DNA of 63,627 bases, filler included, from Licmophora abbreviata (GCA_900291995.1; 10 parts of 10 records of this genome joined end to end with filler, not necessarily neighbours in it), one strand, 5' to 3'. Shown: positions 49,528 through 62,806, numbered from the whole stretch's first letter. Program-made: numbers and translations. Notes: generated by a model not told the origin, from the letters alone.

Positions 49528-50215
49528 TTTGGGAAGTAAAATAGTAATAAGAGAATAGCAGAGACAACAAACGAGAGAGGTTTTGACGATGAGAGTGTGA
49601 GAGTAATCAGGGCTGCTAGGGGACCTCCGCGGGACGAACGAGATAGTGATGGGGGCCCATCACTATACATTCATATCCGCGATGAAGACACATCAATGCT
49701 GATGTCACAACATCACTTTTCGAACACACATGCGAACACCGGACGCAAGCAATTCCATCTGGACGAGAATACTCCGGGAAGAACCTCCTGGTTGTTCTTT
49801 CTGGGCCGCAGCAAAGCCATTGACAGCGTTGGGAGGACCGCCGCCCAAAGGAGTAGCGTCGGCATCGTCCACCGAAGGAGAATCATGGCCAGTGCCACGA
49901 GGAGCATCGTAGAGAGCAGCAGTGGAAAAGTCCCAGTCTCAATTGTACAATGGTTGGCAGTATGTGCTGCAGCTTTGGTCGGCCAGGAGCTTCAAAATTT
50001 TGGGCGAATGGGGTGATTGACTGTTCCTTGCACCCTCTAGCAGATGTGACGGGAATGTTGGTTGTTTTGCTGCTCCTCGATTTGAGACAGATGAGATCTA
50101 CTCCTGTCTAGTTTGAATGATCATTGCAGGTGATACAAACTTACCATTTGCTTTTCCTTTTTGATTTCTTTTTCTGTGTTTCTTTGCCAATGAAGGGGAG
50201 TGCATTGGTACCTAT

Positions 50216-52481
50216 ATGGGGAAGGCCATATGGACTGCTAAGAAGCCAGGAACACTAGTACCAGAAGCACCAGAGCCAACCAATGATCTAGAGAAGCTCT
50301 ATAGCTACTACAACCTGTCATGTTATGATTGCAAGGATGTGGGACAGATCCGGCAACCGGAACCAATGACAATCCATGAGGAACGTGCGCAGCTTTTCAT
50401 GGGGTTGCACTACATCAATGATCCAAAGCTGGACTACTTGGATGGAACTAAGGAAGCTCAGAAAGCAAAGAGATTGGTTAATACAAAGTTGGTGGATGAT
50501 GGAGGAGTGATAGCAAGGAAGAGACTTCATACTTGTTGGAGTGGAAATTTTGCACGGGTATGATATGATGGAGTTCAGTGCCTTGTCCGGCGGTGCTGAT
50601 AGTGATGAATCAGTTGCAGAAGAACAGAAGTCCAAGCATTCCAGGACAGCTTTCAGCGGCTCCCTCCTTTGAAGCGAAAGAAGGTAGTACCACCCAAGTG
50701 GCGACTGTTGATCTTACCTCCTTTGGTATCTCTTCTCCTCCTCCCAAGAAGAAAAACAAGAGCTACACATTGAAGGCCACAGTCCTCCAAGCACTGCCTG
50801 GCATGGGTGCCACCATTCTCTGTTGTGAAGCAAAGGACCCGTCAAAGATCTGTTGGGCAAAAAAGTACTTCTCTGACACACTCTACAAGGAGGCAGACTG
50901 GGTTGTGGGATGTAATGTGGATGCTACTACTCAGAAGTGGCACGNNNNNNNNNNNNNNNNNNNNNNNNNNNNNNNNNNNNNNNNNNNNTTAATTAATTAA
51001 NNNNNNNNNNNNNNNNNNNNNNNNNNNNNNNNNNNNNNNNNNNNATGATTCAGTTCTTAAACTAGAGGAGGAGTATGTGTGCTCACAGCTCAACACCATT
51101 GAGCAGCTCTACAATCCTATTGCGGTTGATCCGGACAATTTCTTTTTGGATAGTACATCAAAGGAAGACGTTTTGTATATGAATTATCTGCCATCGTCCT
51201 TGATTGAGGATTACCGAAAATGTTGGTCAGGCCTTTCATATTCCAGAAATTCTGGAAACTCCCTGAGGTAGCTACAACATGAATTCCTTGACTGCCTCTA
51301 AGACATGGGCTTTCACGATTTGATTTTCCTGCTGGTCCTGTGTGTCGTACACCACATGAATTGCGTTTCCACTTTTCCATTGTACTACTATCGTCACGTT
51401 CCTTTCTGGCATCATCTCTTTAACTAGCCCAGTCAAGATATCCTCCACGGTCAAGTTATGCTGGGACCCATCCTTGCTGGACCAAGTCATCTCCATCATT
51501 TTGTCTTGCACACCTACGATCCTGATTGCCTGTTTCTTGCTTAGTACAGTAGTTGGTTCTGGTGGTGGAACACCATCTGCTCCATCTTGTTGGAAATCTT
51601 GTTTCTAGGGATAAATCCAATGCTTTCTTTCTGTTGCATTGGGAGGCTGTCACGGAGTTGTTGGGGGAGGTGGGTAGTGCGTGTTCCGGGCTGCAGTAGA
51701 CCGTGAAGGCCCTTGTTTTCTTGTCCTGTCCCGCCCTCGAGCCAAACGTTTCCACAGGGATTTCAAATGGTGCTAGGGCCGTGCCGTGTTGTTCTCCGTC
51801 TTGTATTTCTCTTGGATCTGGGTCTGTAGTGCTTTCTCGGAGCCCGACCAATCGGGATGTACTCCATAGATCCAGCCTGCCATCGCTGTCCTCACTAGTT
51901 TGGTACCGGTCCCTAATTTCATCATTGTCTGGCTCTGTTTGAGAAGATCCAAAAACCTCGTCAGCTTTCCTTCACGCCATTTCAACTGTCCCAGGGCTTT
52001 TGTGAATCGTCCTCGGAAAAGCACCATTCAAATAGTTTTGGAGCTGGATGTTGTCCATCTGTTGGAGGTTCGGTTTCGTGGTGATCGCTGCTGTACTCTG
52101 GTCTTTTGCATCGATTGGGAGTAATGCCAGGGTTGGGTCGACTTGGCACAGGCTTGCGATCAGAGCAAAGCTCGACATATTGTAGCACTTTCGTGGCTAG
52201 TGATACACAACGCCTAGGGTCATCACAGTGCTGCGTTTCATAATGTTGGTCGTTTTCTGGTTCTGGGTTGTCAAACTTGATGGGAATTCGCCCCTCATAC
52301 CTTCCTGGGGTTGATAGTTGCCGGGAGCTTGCATCCATTGGGGTGGCTTGTCGGCGTTGGCCTGAACCGCCGCAGAGGTGAACGTCATGGTGGATGACAA
52401 CGTGAGCAACTTTCCGCGTAGGTTATTACGTAGATTTATTACTAAGAGAGCTTTGACCAATATTGTATATCTCTGCACCAA
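50216..52481. mobile_element. Degenerate transposable-element-like relics (minus-strand frameshifted ORF at about 51270-52390 resembling a non-LTR ORF1; plus-strand fragments 50216-51271)
   Basis: Chains of short frameshifted ORFs (...AGWIYGVHPDW..., TRAFTVYC), local CpG depletion, short fragmented contigs; no RT or transposase motif seen. Confidence 0.4.
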
Positions 52482-53743
52482 ATTCTATTCTCACCAACAA
52501 TACAACACCTCTTACGCACACGTTGGTCGTCCCCAGGGTCCCCAGGCCCCCTTGCACTACTGCTGATAATCAGTGTCTACTCTAGGCTTTGATTGAATAC
52601 AGTACCAGACTACTCGATGGCAATTAGAGACGAAAGAGAAAGAGTGCAGCTAACGAACAACTACCACCTGGTGCCTCGTGCCAGAGAACTTGACTCCGAT
52701 ACAACAAGAGCACTGATCACTGATGTCTTTGATCAGTGATCATAGAGCCAGGATACCTGTCATCGACCTGTGATGAGAAATTTTTGGCTTGGGGAGGCTC
52801 AAATGCGTGATCCTGCGGCGTAGCTGGCGAGCTGGTCCTGGCTTCAGGCTCTANNNNNNNNNNNNNNNNNNNNNNNNNNNNNNNNNNNNNNNNNNNNTTA
52901 ATTAATTAANNNNNNNNNNNNNNNNNNNNNNNNNNNNNNNNNNNNNNNNNNNNACCACGAGACTCGGGCAACCCTCTGGTTGGAACAAGTTTGATAGGTT
53001 GTCTACAATAACTGCCATGATGGCAGCACTTTCTCTCGTTATCGACCCATGAGTAAAATGACAAACATCCTCTGCCATGGATTCCTATCTTGTGTTTGGC
53101 ACTGGCCCTTCCTCGCCAGAGACAATTAAGAAACTTTTACGTATGTGAGTAAGGAACTGGTACCTTATACCAGGGAAACACGTACTGTTGTTGCTGATGA
53201 TACTGTCAATGGCTCCGCGTCGCGGTTTTAATAGAAATAGCTAAAACCGTGCTCTTTTTGTTGATGATGTTAATGTTGATGTTGTTCTTTGTCTTTGTTT
53301 TCTTCCAAAGGAGGACTAAGTCTTATCCTACCCAAAGGCGATCACTAGTTGAAACCATGGTTTGAAGTGCTACAGCACTTCAGTCTCAGGCTTGTGCAAC
53401 AATCCACTGTTCTGCACGGCTGGATAGCATGGACCACTCTCTGGGACTCATGAAGGTCCGCGGCAAGGCTGATTTGGGGCGGCAACGAAAGCTATCTACT
53501 TCTTGTTCGCAACACCAGAGCCTTGCAACAACAAGAACAATATGAGGACTCTTGCCTGGTTTTCGTCGTAGCCGGAATGCTACCTGCTGCTGCCTCCACC
53601 ATCCCGCAAGGCGCTAAGGACTCCTGCGTTGGCTCTTGCGCTGAAGCTTTACGAGTAGTCTCTACCATTGCCTACCTGGATACTAAAACCTCTCTCGAGG
53701 GAAGCTCTTGATGAGAATATCAAGGTACCACCAGGTACATTAA

Positions 53744-54904
53744 TTAGTTTGTTGAAGAAGTAAGCAGTGCAATGTGGTCCTGGGTCTCATATTTTACGGC
53801 CACATCAAAAGGAGTTAGGCCGTTTCGATCAGCTAGATGAGGATTAGCGCCAGCATCCAATAGCATTTTGGAGCAGGACGTGTGTCCGGCTCTTGTGGAC
53901 AGCCATAAAGGTGAACAACCAGCATTCGTTTGTTGATCGAGCAAGCTAGGATGCGATCGAAGAAGGACTTGTAGAGTGTCGGCACTACCACAAAAGGCTG
54001 CAACGGCCAAGGGAGAGCCATCAATCCGTCCGTCCCGTACGCCTTCTGCGGATGCGCCGTCCCTCAACAGTCGTTGAAGCAAGTCAGGCCAGTTACGTTC
54101 ACAAGCGATTAGGAGCGGAGTCGAGCCTGCCGAATTGGTGCTGTTTATTATGGATCCGTCCACCAACAAGTCAACTAGGCTCGAGGGTGGCTCTTCGATA
54201 GCGAGAAGTGACGCCGAGAGGGGCGAGTCGCAATTCACGTTTAGTTGAGATTTCAGCTGTTGCTCTACGCCGAGTTTCTCAGCGGAGTTCAACAGTTTCG
54301 CACAGACGTCTTCATGACCGCGGGAAGCTGCAGCGAGAAGTGGTGTATCGCCAGACGAGTTGGCATTGAGAAGAGCCCGTCGACGTTGATCGTCGTCTCT
54401 CATGTGATCCAGCAGGTAAGAGAGTAGGTCGAGGTGCCCGTATCCGGCGGCCAACCAAATAGGAGAACAACCCAGGCCATTGCTCAGTTCAAGCGATGCT
54501 CCACAATAGAGTAGGAACTCGACAATTTCCCTATGATCCCTGAAAACAGCGGCATGAAGAGCCGCATTTCCACTGGAATCTTGTCGGTTGACAAACTCAG
54601 CCAGTTTCGAGTCGGGGAATGCATCATCGCCAGGGGAAGTCAACGTGAAGCTTGCCAAGAAAGCTCCGACAAGCTCTTTCACTCGATCTATCTCGCCCTC
54701 CAGAGATGGCGGTACCAGCGGAGCCGTTCTCTTGGAGGTTGCGAAGGTATTTCCCATTGTGGAGAGTCGAGTCTTGTGTGCTGTGTTTTGCTGTGTTGCT
54801 GGTCGCGCCGCGTGTCGCAATGCACGAGGTACAGCCAGTCGAAAGCACCGCGAGGCGTATAGGAGTATGGTACAAGTAGCAAAGGCACGAGCTCGTCGAC
54901 TCAT
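53744..54904 (-). CDS. Ankyrin-repeat protein
   Basis: Repeated ANK motifs: GNAALHAAV, GCSPIWLAAGYGH, GDTPLLAAASRGH, GSTPLLIACE, GCSPLWLSTRAGH, GLTPFDVA. Confidence 0.9.
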   Translation of the reverse strand: MSRRARAFATCTILLYASRCFRLAVPRALRHAARPATQQNTAHKTRLSTMGNTFATSKRTAPLVPPSLEGEIDRVKELVGAFLASFTLTSPGDDAFPDSKLAEFVNRQDSSGNAALHAAVFRDHREIVEFLLYCGASLELSNGLGCSPIWLAAGYGHLDLLSYLLDHMRDDDQRRRALLNANSSGDTPLLAAASRGHEDVCAKLLNSAEKLGVEQQLKSQLNVNCDSPLSASLLAIEEPPSSLVDLLVDGSIINSTNSAGSTPLLIACERNWPDLLQRLLRDGASAEGVRDGRIDGSPLAVAAFCGSADTLQVLLRSHPSLLDQQTNAGCSPLWLSTRAGHTSCSKMLLDAGANPHLADRNGLTPFDVAVKYETQDHIALLTSSTN

Positions 54905-55157
54905 GATGCCAGAGCGAGACAGCTATCCGAGAACTGGTAGTCAAAAACGTCTACCATGGCAACCACACGACGAATCTCGAGGGGCCGTGTGAGATCAAAC
55001 CCTTACCCGGCCCAGACAGCGCGACATGGTGGGTATTATACACTTCAACTTAGAAGAAGAGCGAGAGCTAGTATCAACCGGTGTCGGAGTATGTGATTGC
55101 GACTATGAAATATGAGCAGGTAAACTTTCGTGTTCTATGATTTTGACTATGAGACAT

Positions 55158-58100
55158 TCATTCCGGGCCTATCATGGACAGGATTACTGGAAGCAAGATC
55201 AAGCCGTGACTCAAGCCCAAAGCAACGACGGAAATGAATGCAATGAAAACAGTCCGGAAAATCGATACTTGCGCGAATGCAAGTGGCATGATACCGAGAA
55301 ACGAGCTGAGTCCTCCTGTCGCCGATTCCAGAATGAGCCGTGGGCCGACATCGCGTGAGATGGGTGCACAAGAGGATGCCACAGTCACGAAATTCAGAGG
55401 AGCACACTTACCGAGCAAAACTGAGCACCCCATGGTGCGGAGCACGTCTTTCGTTTTCTCTTGCCTCCCAACTTTCACAGACGTAAAATAACCATGTGCA
55501 ATATGCATAATAAAGTCGACCAAGAGGCCAATCGACATCGTCAAAGCTATATATGACACTGCAGCACAGGTACGTGCACCGACAGGATAAGCGTGAGTGA
55601 GCGTCGTGCCAATGCAAGCAACTCAAAAGCGCGCTCAGTCTCTTTCCACTTACCTCCGTTGATCGTCACATCAGCTAGCTGCAGCATTCCCATCAGATCG
55701 ATGTAAAGAACAGTTACAAGTGGTCCGACAAAGAGAATTCCAGACCAGTGAGGAAGGAACAGCGCTCCCATGATCGAGACGGCGCAGATCCCGAGGACGG
55801 CAGTCAGTTTCAGCTCGTCGAGTGTGACGGACAGAAACGCCCACACATTGAAGATTCCGTCTTGCGCGAAAAATGCCCAGTCGTCCTGATTCTGGTTGAT
55901 CGGCTGCTCACTTGACACCCGCTTCTGTTCCCTGAAGACGCGCAACACCTCGTCGACATCGGTGTTGTCGTTTATCATGTTCATTCTGGTGCGGGAATCC
56001 CTTACGTTCCCTTGCTCGTCAAATTTGAAATCGCCCCTGTGGTGCTCGTATTTCGCCTCCTCGAGGAAAAGCGCAAGCGTTTCATTGAACGACAGACCGA
56101 ACAGCCGCTCCTCGTTCTCGGATGTGAACACGTTGTAGCTGCTTACCCAGAAATTTGGCACGTCTGAGACGAAATCAAGAGCAAGAAGATCGTTCACATA
56201 ATTTTCCATCTGAGCTCGAGTCTCCGCTCCGGAATGATCCACATTGCGAAAGTAAATATGGGGTCTGATGTCTGCGACCTCCGAGTATTCAGATGTCGCG
56301 TCCATGAATGGGATAATATACGAGTCCTTGGGCAGAAAGGTTGTGAAATCGAACCCAAGCTGCAACTTCAGAGCACTGATAATGCAAAGCACAAACAGAG
56401 CTAGGAATGAAACGACGACAAGCCCTTTCACCCATGTCTTGAGCAGCCGGTCGGCGTACCAAGACATGACTCTATCCGCAAAATGTTCGCGAGGTCGACC
56501 GTCTCCCGAAGCTTCGACTTTCGCGCTCTTGGCGGAAAAGCAGACGAAGCAGTCCCGTCTCTTGGCCTGAACACGTCGCTCGTCAATCTCGATGAGGGCT
56601 ATGAAGAAGGTGATTTGGAATATGAAATCAATAATGATCAAAGGGAAAGCGTACAGGCACAGCCAACGAATCGCTGGGAGAGAGGAAATGCAGCCAAGCG
56701 CAAATGCGAAAGCAGAAGTAGCCGTCGTCATGAAAATACTCATCCCAACTTCTTCCATTGTCTCATGTATGCGATCGACAGCATCCTTCCTGAAGTCAGT
56801 CCTGGCGTAAGCGTTTGAAATAATGAACGCATCATCTAGAGGTTGATAGGACAACGTGGAAATGTGTGTGAGTGTAATGCATTCGTTCATACTAGAAAAA
56901 AAAGCCGCTGCCCTTCCTCTCACCTAACCCGATGCCAAGTAGGACGAAGGGAAGCAGCTGTTATGGACAAGACAGACACAACGTCAGCGTTAGAATAAGA
57001 AAGTACGAATTGAAAGATAATCTGACCAACGACGTCTTCTGTTCTCACCTGTGTCAATGTTGTAAGCGGCACGCCACACAGAAAGAGCAGTCCGTATCCA
57101 GTGAAAAGTGAAAGCAGAACGCAGGAGACCGCGCCGAAGCCTAGTAGACAGCGCGAATGAACCCAGTCCCACTTTGAAAATGCAACGCAGGTGAAGAGTG
57201 CCATGACGGCAAAGACCAGGGGTATGAGGGGCAAGTCTCCGACAATGCCGCGAGTGACTTCATCAGGAAAGGACCGTTTGCCAAGCACCTCGAAGTGGTA
57301 GTCAGTGCCGTTTTGTTTCCATTCGGCCTTGAGTCCCAGCAAATGGTCAAGTAGTCGCCGCTCAAGTTGGCGTGGATTCCCCTCCTTTCCCGTTTCAAAA
57401 ACGGTGACAAAGGCTGTTCCCGACTCGAGTGTACCGTCTTCAGTAAACTCGGGGAATCCAATGACGTTGGTCAAGCTGAACTGTTCGTAGTCTCCCGGAA
57501 AGTTGTCAATAGAGAGCATCCTGGCCACATCGCTGTCCGAGACAGCAACCTTGTCGAAGACCGTCTCATTGTTGAACCAAAACAAGGTAGGACCAGCAAT
57601 TTCGCAAACCTTTGGAGCATCGTCACCAAACGGGATGCCATGAACTTGGCAGATGAATTCGTAGCCCTCGGGACACGGATGAGCTCGGCCATAGACGGGG
57701 CAGTAGTCGTCGTACCTAGGATAGTCCCTGACAGAATCAACAATGTCGAAGACTCTCTTTACTCCTTCAATGCTGACGACATTGTCACTCTGCTTGTGCA
57801 TGAAAACAGTGACAATACCTCGTTGCTCGTTGGTATCGGTGACAGACCAGACAGTGCTGACGTAAGAGGCATGTTCTTCCGTTCGACTGCCCATTGGTGT
57901 CCAGAGTTCCGCCTCGCCCTCTTCAATTCTAAAATTGGTCATGTATCCCGCCGTGATCATGGAGAGAGCCAGAATGACAATGGAAACGACGTATATCCAG
58001 GGATGTAAGGCCGCATGAGTAGATATCGCCAGAAGTGCTCTAAGAATGGGTCTGCAGAAGGCCTGTTGAACTCTGATCCATCGCTGAGAGAAAGTCGGGT

Positions 58101-58365
58101 CTGTCTCATCATCGTCGTCGCTCGGTGGTTCCTGAAACGTGAGCGACGACGAGTCGATAGAAACTTCTTCGGTACCAGCCGTGACGGTGCGCACACGCTG
58201 GCTCTCTATTTCGGTCGGCGGCAAGTCTTTTTGTGGTGTCTGCGGTGTCTGCTGCTGGTAGTTCACTGCGGTTTCGATTTCTTCGGAAAAAGTACTGGCA
58301 GAAACGTGTGCCTCGCCGAGGCGAAACGTCGAGCCTCGCTCCTCGTCAAAACAGAAGGCCTCCAT
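55158..58365 (-). CDS. Patched/NPC1-like sterol-sensing-domain (RND) membrane protein, multi-exon
   Basis: ELWTPMGS, GLDDAFII (across a splice), SIFMTTATSAFAF, FLPKDSY, SIGLLVDFIMHI and LGLSHGLILLPVILS motifs; several GT-AG introns. Confidence 0.88.
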
Positions 58366-59424
58366 GCTCAAGCTTCTGTCTTCTGTTTCTCACCAGGCTG
58401 TACAGCAGACTGTAGCTACCGGAGGACTTCTCGATTCAAGAGCGACAGAGGACAGCAGCACCTCGTGTCGTCTGTGGCGCTTGTGATAGACTAGACCTAC
58501 TCCGTAGTGGCCACGATACCTGTAGGCGATACTAACATGGCTCATCGCTCAGCGTGAGACTTCATTCTTGTAGTGTCTTTTTGCGTTCGTCTTTGCACGC
58601 GCGCGTCGGCGAGTGCTTACATAGAACTATACTTGCCAAACAGTAGTAGGAAAGGACATATTGGAGAGTCGACGTGGCTTCGGTCGTGCGTGTTCTAGTA
58701 CACAAACTCATAGTGAAACGTCCCGTCGAGCATGCCTCGCTTGTTTATACATAAGTATATTGATTACGTAATTCGTGGACGTTTTTAACTTATTTTGATG
58801 TGTACATACATTAACGAATACGCATTAAGAAAAAATGCATATATTCAGTTTTGAATAGTATCCCTCGATGTACTTATTGCAATGTGATTTTCGTGCCGGT
58901 TGCCATTGAGCGAGGCAGCGAGCGTTCGCAATTTTCAATTTTCAGTTTTCGCCCTGCTGTATCAATCGTTTCGTAGACGACCTGTACCCGGAAGACCTAT
59001 CATACTGGACCTGGTAGGCCTCTAGACTACTACTTCCTCTAGTACAGCGTATGACGCACCGCATCGGTGGCTGATATTGTACCGTGTGTTTGACCATCAT
59101 ATCTTTTACCAGCTTCTTGCCAATGCTAGGCGAGGTACGTAGCAGGTTATGACGGAACTACCGGTATGATACGTGCCATGAGCCACCTCTCTAGCGACTT
59201 TCATGTAGATCCTGAATAATACCATTTCTTGAATGACCTGCCTGCTCACTCTTCCAGATCCTTTTTATCATACTGTAGTAGCATACTCATTGTAGGCACC
59301 TGTAGCTCCAGACAAAGCTCAGATGCCCAAGAACATCAACACCACAATCTATCACATTGTTATCGTACACCTACTCTAGCTGCTAGTCTGACCTCCGCGT
59401 GCGTACATTCATCTGGACTACAAC

Positions 59425-62127
59425 CTACATGGCTGCCAGTGTGTCCACGTCGACTGGGGCACTATCCTTCTCAGACTTCTTGCTACGCTTCCTCGACTTG
59501 GCACTGTGTTCCTGCTTTTCGATGACCGCAACTCGCTCGTGTATTTCAGGATTTGGCTGCGAAGAACCTGCCTTGTTCTCTTTCTCTGGAGGTGGCTTGG
59601 GCGTATCTGAGGAGGGAACACTAGCCATAACAGGGCCATTCGGAGTATGGGCGACGCTCATCATGGTGGCCTCTCCAGTGCCATACACACTTTCCCACGT
59701 CTCCATCTCATCCTCAAGTTCCTGTAGGACGGATGCCACCATCGGAAGGGCGCGGACGTCATCCGGCATGAGCTGCAGGCATTTCATCAGCGTCAAACGG
59801 ACATTTGTCACTCGGTCGTTTTTCATTTCCAACGCAGGAGGGAGTAGGTCGTTAACCAGCAACCGACGCAAATGCTTTCGCGCTTCGCCAGAAAGGGATT
59901 GAAATGGCACGTAGGGTCTGTTGGTACCTTTCTCATCAGTTTCCAGCAAGTCTTGCAGGATCTGGTCTGCTGTAAGTGTCTGGTCCGCCTTTTCAATGAC
60001 GTCGCTGAAGCGCACAGCCAGACCAACAGACGCGCAGATTCGACAGTACAGCTGCCTCTTGCTGAAACTTCCAGCCTTGCCGCTCTGTCCACCTGAGATC
60101 TGCCCTTTCGACGATGATCCAAGAATTGTATCCTTCAACCAGGACACCACTTCTTGGCAAGCATCCGTGGCCCATCGCTTGCCGACCGAGGACGAACCAT
60201 TCTCGGATGCAGCGTCGTTATCGGGGCAGTACGAACGAAGCAACAGGGGGATTGACCACTCGACATCTTCGCGTACCAAGCTGACACTATCAATCAAGAG
60301 CATTTTCAGGATTGGCCACAAGACCTTTTGAATGTGAACCGGCTCAACAAGGCCCAGCATGTCAGGCATGCTTCTAGATACGTAGTCACGCTGTCGCCAA
60401 TTCAGAAGCATCGGATTTGTCGCACTTCGTTTGTGTGCCCCAAGCAAGTCTTCGCCTCGGACAATCTCATACCATACGGAAAGATACTCGGTGCGTACTG
60501 ACCCTGGCATCAACGCGAAAAGCCATGGAAAATTTCGAATGACATTCAGTCGCACCGAATCGTCAGTGTCCCGGAAGAATTGTTCACGAAACACTGGCAA
60601 AAGATCAGCATGCGTCAGCTCCGGTCCTAGAATATAGGCCACAGTGTGCAGACTCGACGCCAAACAGCGCTTGACTGGGAGCGGCGGAGCTTCAAGTTCG
60701 TCATCCTTATCCGACCCGTGGTTTGGATTGACAAGTGAAAAGAAACACTCCTTTAGCATGCCTTCCCAGTTCTTGGAACCCAGCAACAAAACGACGGCGG
60801 GGTAAGAGTAGGCACAATACACTCGCATTTCCGCATCAGTATTCTCGTCTCCAGTCGAAACACGGGACAATTCCACGAAGTGCTTCAATAGCATTGAAAT
60901 AATAGCCGTCATATCCTCCGTATCCGGTGGATTCTTTTTCCGATGCGCAACGACAGCACGGAGCGACAGAATTGAGAGTTGATTCGCTCGCAAAAATGGC
61001 GGAAGCTGCTGCTGTAGCTGTTCCATCTCGGTCAGCACCGGGCCGGGAGTGTGAAACGATGCTGGTGTAGGAGTTGGGGCAGATGTGTTGGCGTTCGCTG
61101 AGGAATTGAGACGGCTGACCATGCTGCTCGCGTGCGGAAAGAACTGAGCTCCGATACCAAAATTACTCCCATCCATTGGCGGCAGTCCTTGTGAGTCTAG
61201 ACGACCCGGCAAAATCACGCCCAGCGTCGGGCCGCCCTGGTCGATCGGATAGAACGAAGCTATGAACGGACCAAGGAACTGCATCATGCCGTGTCGGACA
61301 AACTTGTTGCTGTCTTCCAGCAACCGTATCGCAATAGGAATAAGCCAAGACCGCCGCAGCGCGAAAAACTCCGCTTTCTGGGCTGAATCCTTGGTTGCGC
61401 CGGTCAAAATCATGAGGCTTCGGCTCATATCCACCAAGCATTCACCAGTACTCTTTCTCACGCGGTACATGTCATCCTTACTGAGACGATCAAATGCTGG
61501 CAAAATATCTTGCTTGGCGTTCTCCAAAGCTGTTCCTCCGAGCACGCGCGGCAGAGCTTGGGACGCACTCCGGCGGACGCGAAAGCTGGAGTCCTTTGAG
61601 AGTGACAAGACGCAAGGCATGACGTGCTTCTGAATGAGTTTACGCGGCACGCGGCCTGATTCCGACGCCCCGGAAAGTTCCGCAAGCAAGCTTGCTGCAG
61701 TGATGCGAAGCTCTTCTTGTAGTCCTTCGGATTCGTTTTTCTTGGGTTTGGAACTGGGATGAGCGAGACGCAAGGGTATCGGCACGACGATAGCTCCGAT
61801 GTCTTCGGATCGGATCTGCATGGCCAGTCCTGACAGGGCTTCCGATGCAGAGCGTCGCACGTCGGCGTCACTGTCCATTATGAGAGTGTTCAGATGCGTT
61901 ACAATGGTAGACGTAACGACTTTGTATCCTCTTTCATTATACCTCTTTTCCATCGAAGGGTTATCGAGAAAATCACGCACGCTTTTCTGGAGCGGTCCAA
62001 TTTCTTCGAGCATGCACGCGACGCTAAAGGAAAGCAGCTGGGCAGCCAAATGCTGGCGAATAATACTCTCGGGGTCAGAAATCAAGGGAGTCAGGAGTGG
62101 TACAAGAGTCTGCATCGTGGCGGCCGA
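59425..62127 (-). CDS. HEAT-repeat protein, serine/threonine phosphatase 4 regulatory subunit 1-like; 5' exon(s) probably lost in the gap
   Basis: HEAT repeats (DSSFRVRR, DDMYRVRK, DRVTNVR); CAYSYPAVVLLLGSKNW and VKRCLASSLHTVAYILG match the PP4R1 C-terminal signature. Confidence 0.8.
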   Translation of the reverse strand, partial: SAATMQTLVPLLTPLISDPESIIRQHLAAQLLSFSVACMLEEIGPLQKSVRDFLDNPSMEKRYNERGYKVVTSTIVTHLNTLIMDSDADVRRSASEALSGLAMQIRSEDIGAIVVPIPLRLAHPSSKPKKNESEGLQEELRITAASLLAELSGASESGRVPRKLIQKHVMPCVLSLSKDSSFRVRRSASQALPRVLGGTALENAKQDILPAFDRLSKDDMYRVRKSTGECLVDMSRSLMILTGATKDSAQKAEFFALRRSWLIPIAIRLLEDSNKFVRHGMMQFLGPFIASFYPIDQGGPTLGVILPGRLDSQGLPPMDGSNFGIGAQFFPHASSMVSRLNSSANANTSAPTPTPASFHTPGPVLTEMEQLQQQLPPFLRANQLSILSLRAVVAHRKKNPPDTEDMTAIISMLLKHFVELSRVSTGDENTDAEMRVYCAYSYPAVVLLLGSKNWEGMLKECFFSLVNPNHGSDKDDELEAPPLPVKRCLASSLHTVAYILGPELTHADLLPVFREQFFRDTDDSVRLNVIRNFPWLFALMPGSVRTEYLSVWYEIVRGEDLLGAHKRSATNPMLLNWRQRDYVSRSMPDMLGLVEPVHIQKVLWPILKMLLIDSVSLVREDVEWSIPLLLRSYCPDNDAASENGSSSVGKRWATDACQEVVSWLKDTILGSSSKGQISGGQSGKAGSFSKRQLYCRICASVGLAVRFSDVIEKADQTLTADQILQDLLETDEKGTNRPYVPFQSLSGEARKHLRRLLVNDLLPPALEMKNDRVTNVRLTLMKCLQLMPDDVRALPMVASVLQELEDEMETWESVYGTGEATMMSVAHTPNGPVMASVPSSDTPKPPPEKENKAGSSQPNPEIHERVAVIEKQEHSAKSRKRSKKSEKDSAPVDVDTLAAM

Positions 62128-62806
62128 CCTGTGGTTGGCAGAAATGAGGGAATGAAAATGTGAGACGCCTTGCGCTCGGTATCGAAAAGTTTAGCACTCT
62201 TTATGCGTGAGCGAAGGACCAAGCATGCAGTCGGAAGAAGTCGGAACAATGGAGCCACCGACGGCCCAGCAAGTGGACCAAGTTCCCACCGCAGCATCTC
62301 GTGTCATGTGTTTGTGTATGTGTTGACTCNNNNNNNNNNNNNNNNNNNNNNNNNNNNNNNNNNNNNNNNNNNNTTAATTAATTAANNNNNNNNNNNNNNN
62401 NNNNNNNNNNNNNNNNNNNNNNNNNNNNNTTCAGAGACACAGCATGACGAGCGGTCATCATGCATCATTCGAAGCCCATGAGATCTTGTACTTCCGATTC
62501 CTTTTGGCATATTTGTTAACATAGCTTCGAAGGAATCCTGGAAGGAGCATTACCCCTGTCTTGGCTGTGTTGATACCAGCATTGCGAGCTCTGGACGTCA
62601 AAAAATGATATGAGACCTCCACATTCCTACTTACCTGATGTCAACACAATAAGAAAGGAATCTTCAGGGTTGCGTCACCCCCAAACCCGCTTCTCGTTTT
62701 CTACCGTGTTCTCTGAAAAGTCGACCCTTAGGCCTTACTTTGAGGCAATGAGTACTAAAAAAGGCTGCGTTCCAGAACCCCGTGTCACCCTTTCACGCGA
62801 TCCCCC

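Noticed and set aside
52714..52742. 11-bp inverted repeat (tgatcactgat...atcagtgatca)
   Set aside because: Isolated short hairpin with no partner terminus or target-site duplication to support an element boundary
3250..62429. Recurrent TTAATTAATTAA palindrome flanked by Ns, as a possible repeat or regulatory element
   Set aside because: Identical 100-nt artificial spacer with six-frame stops; an assembly artefact
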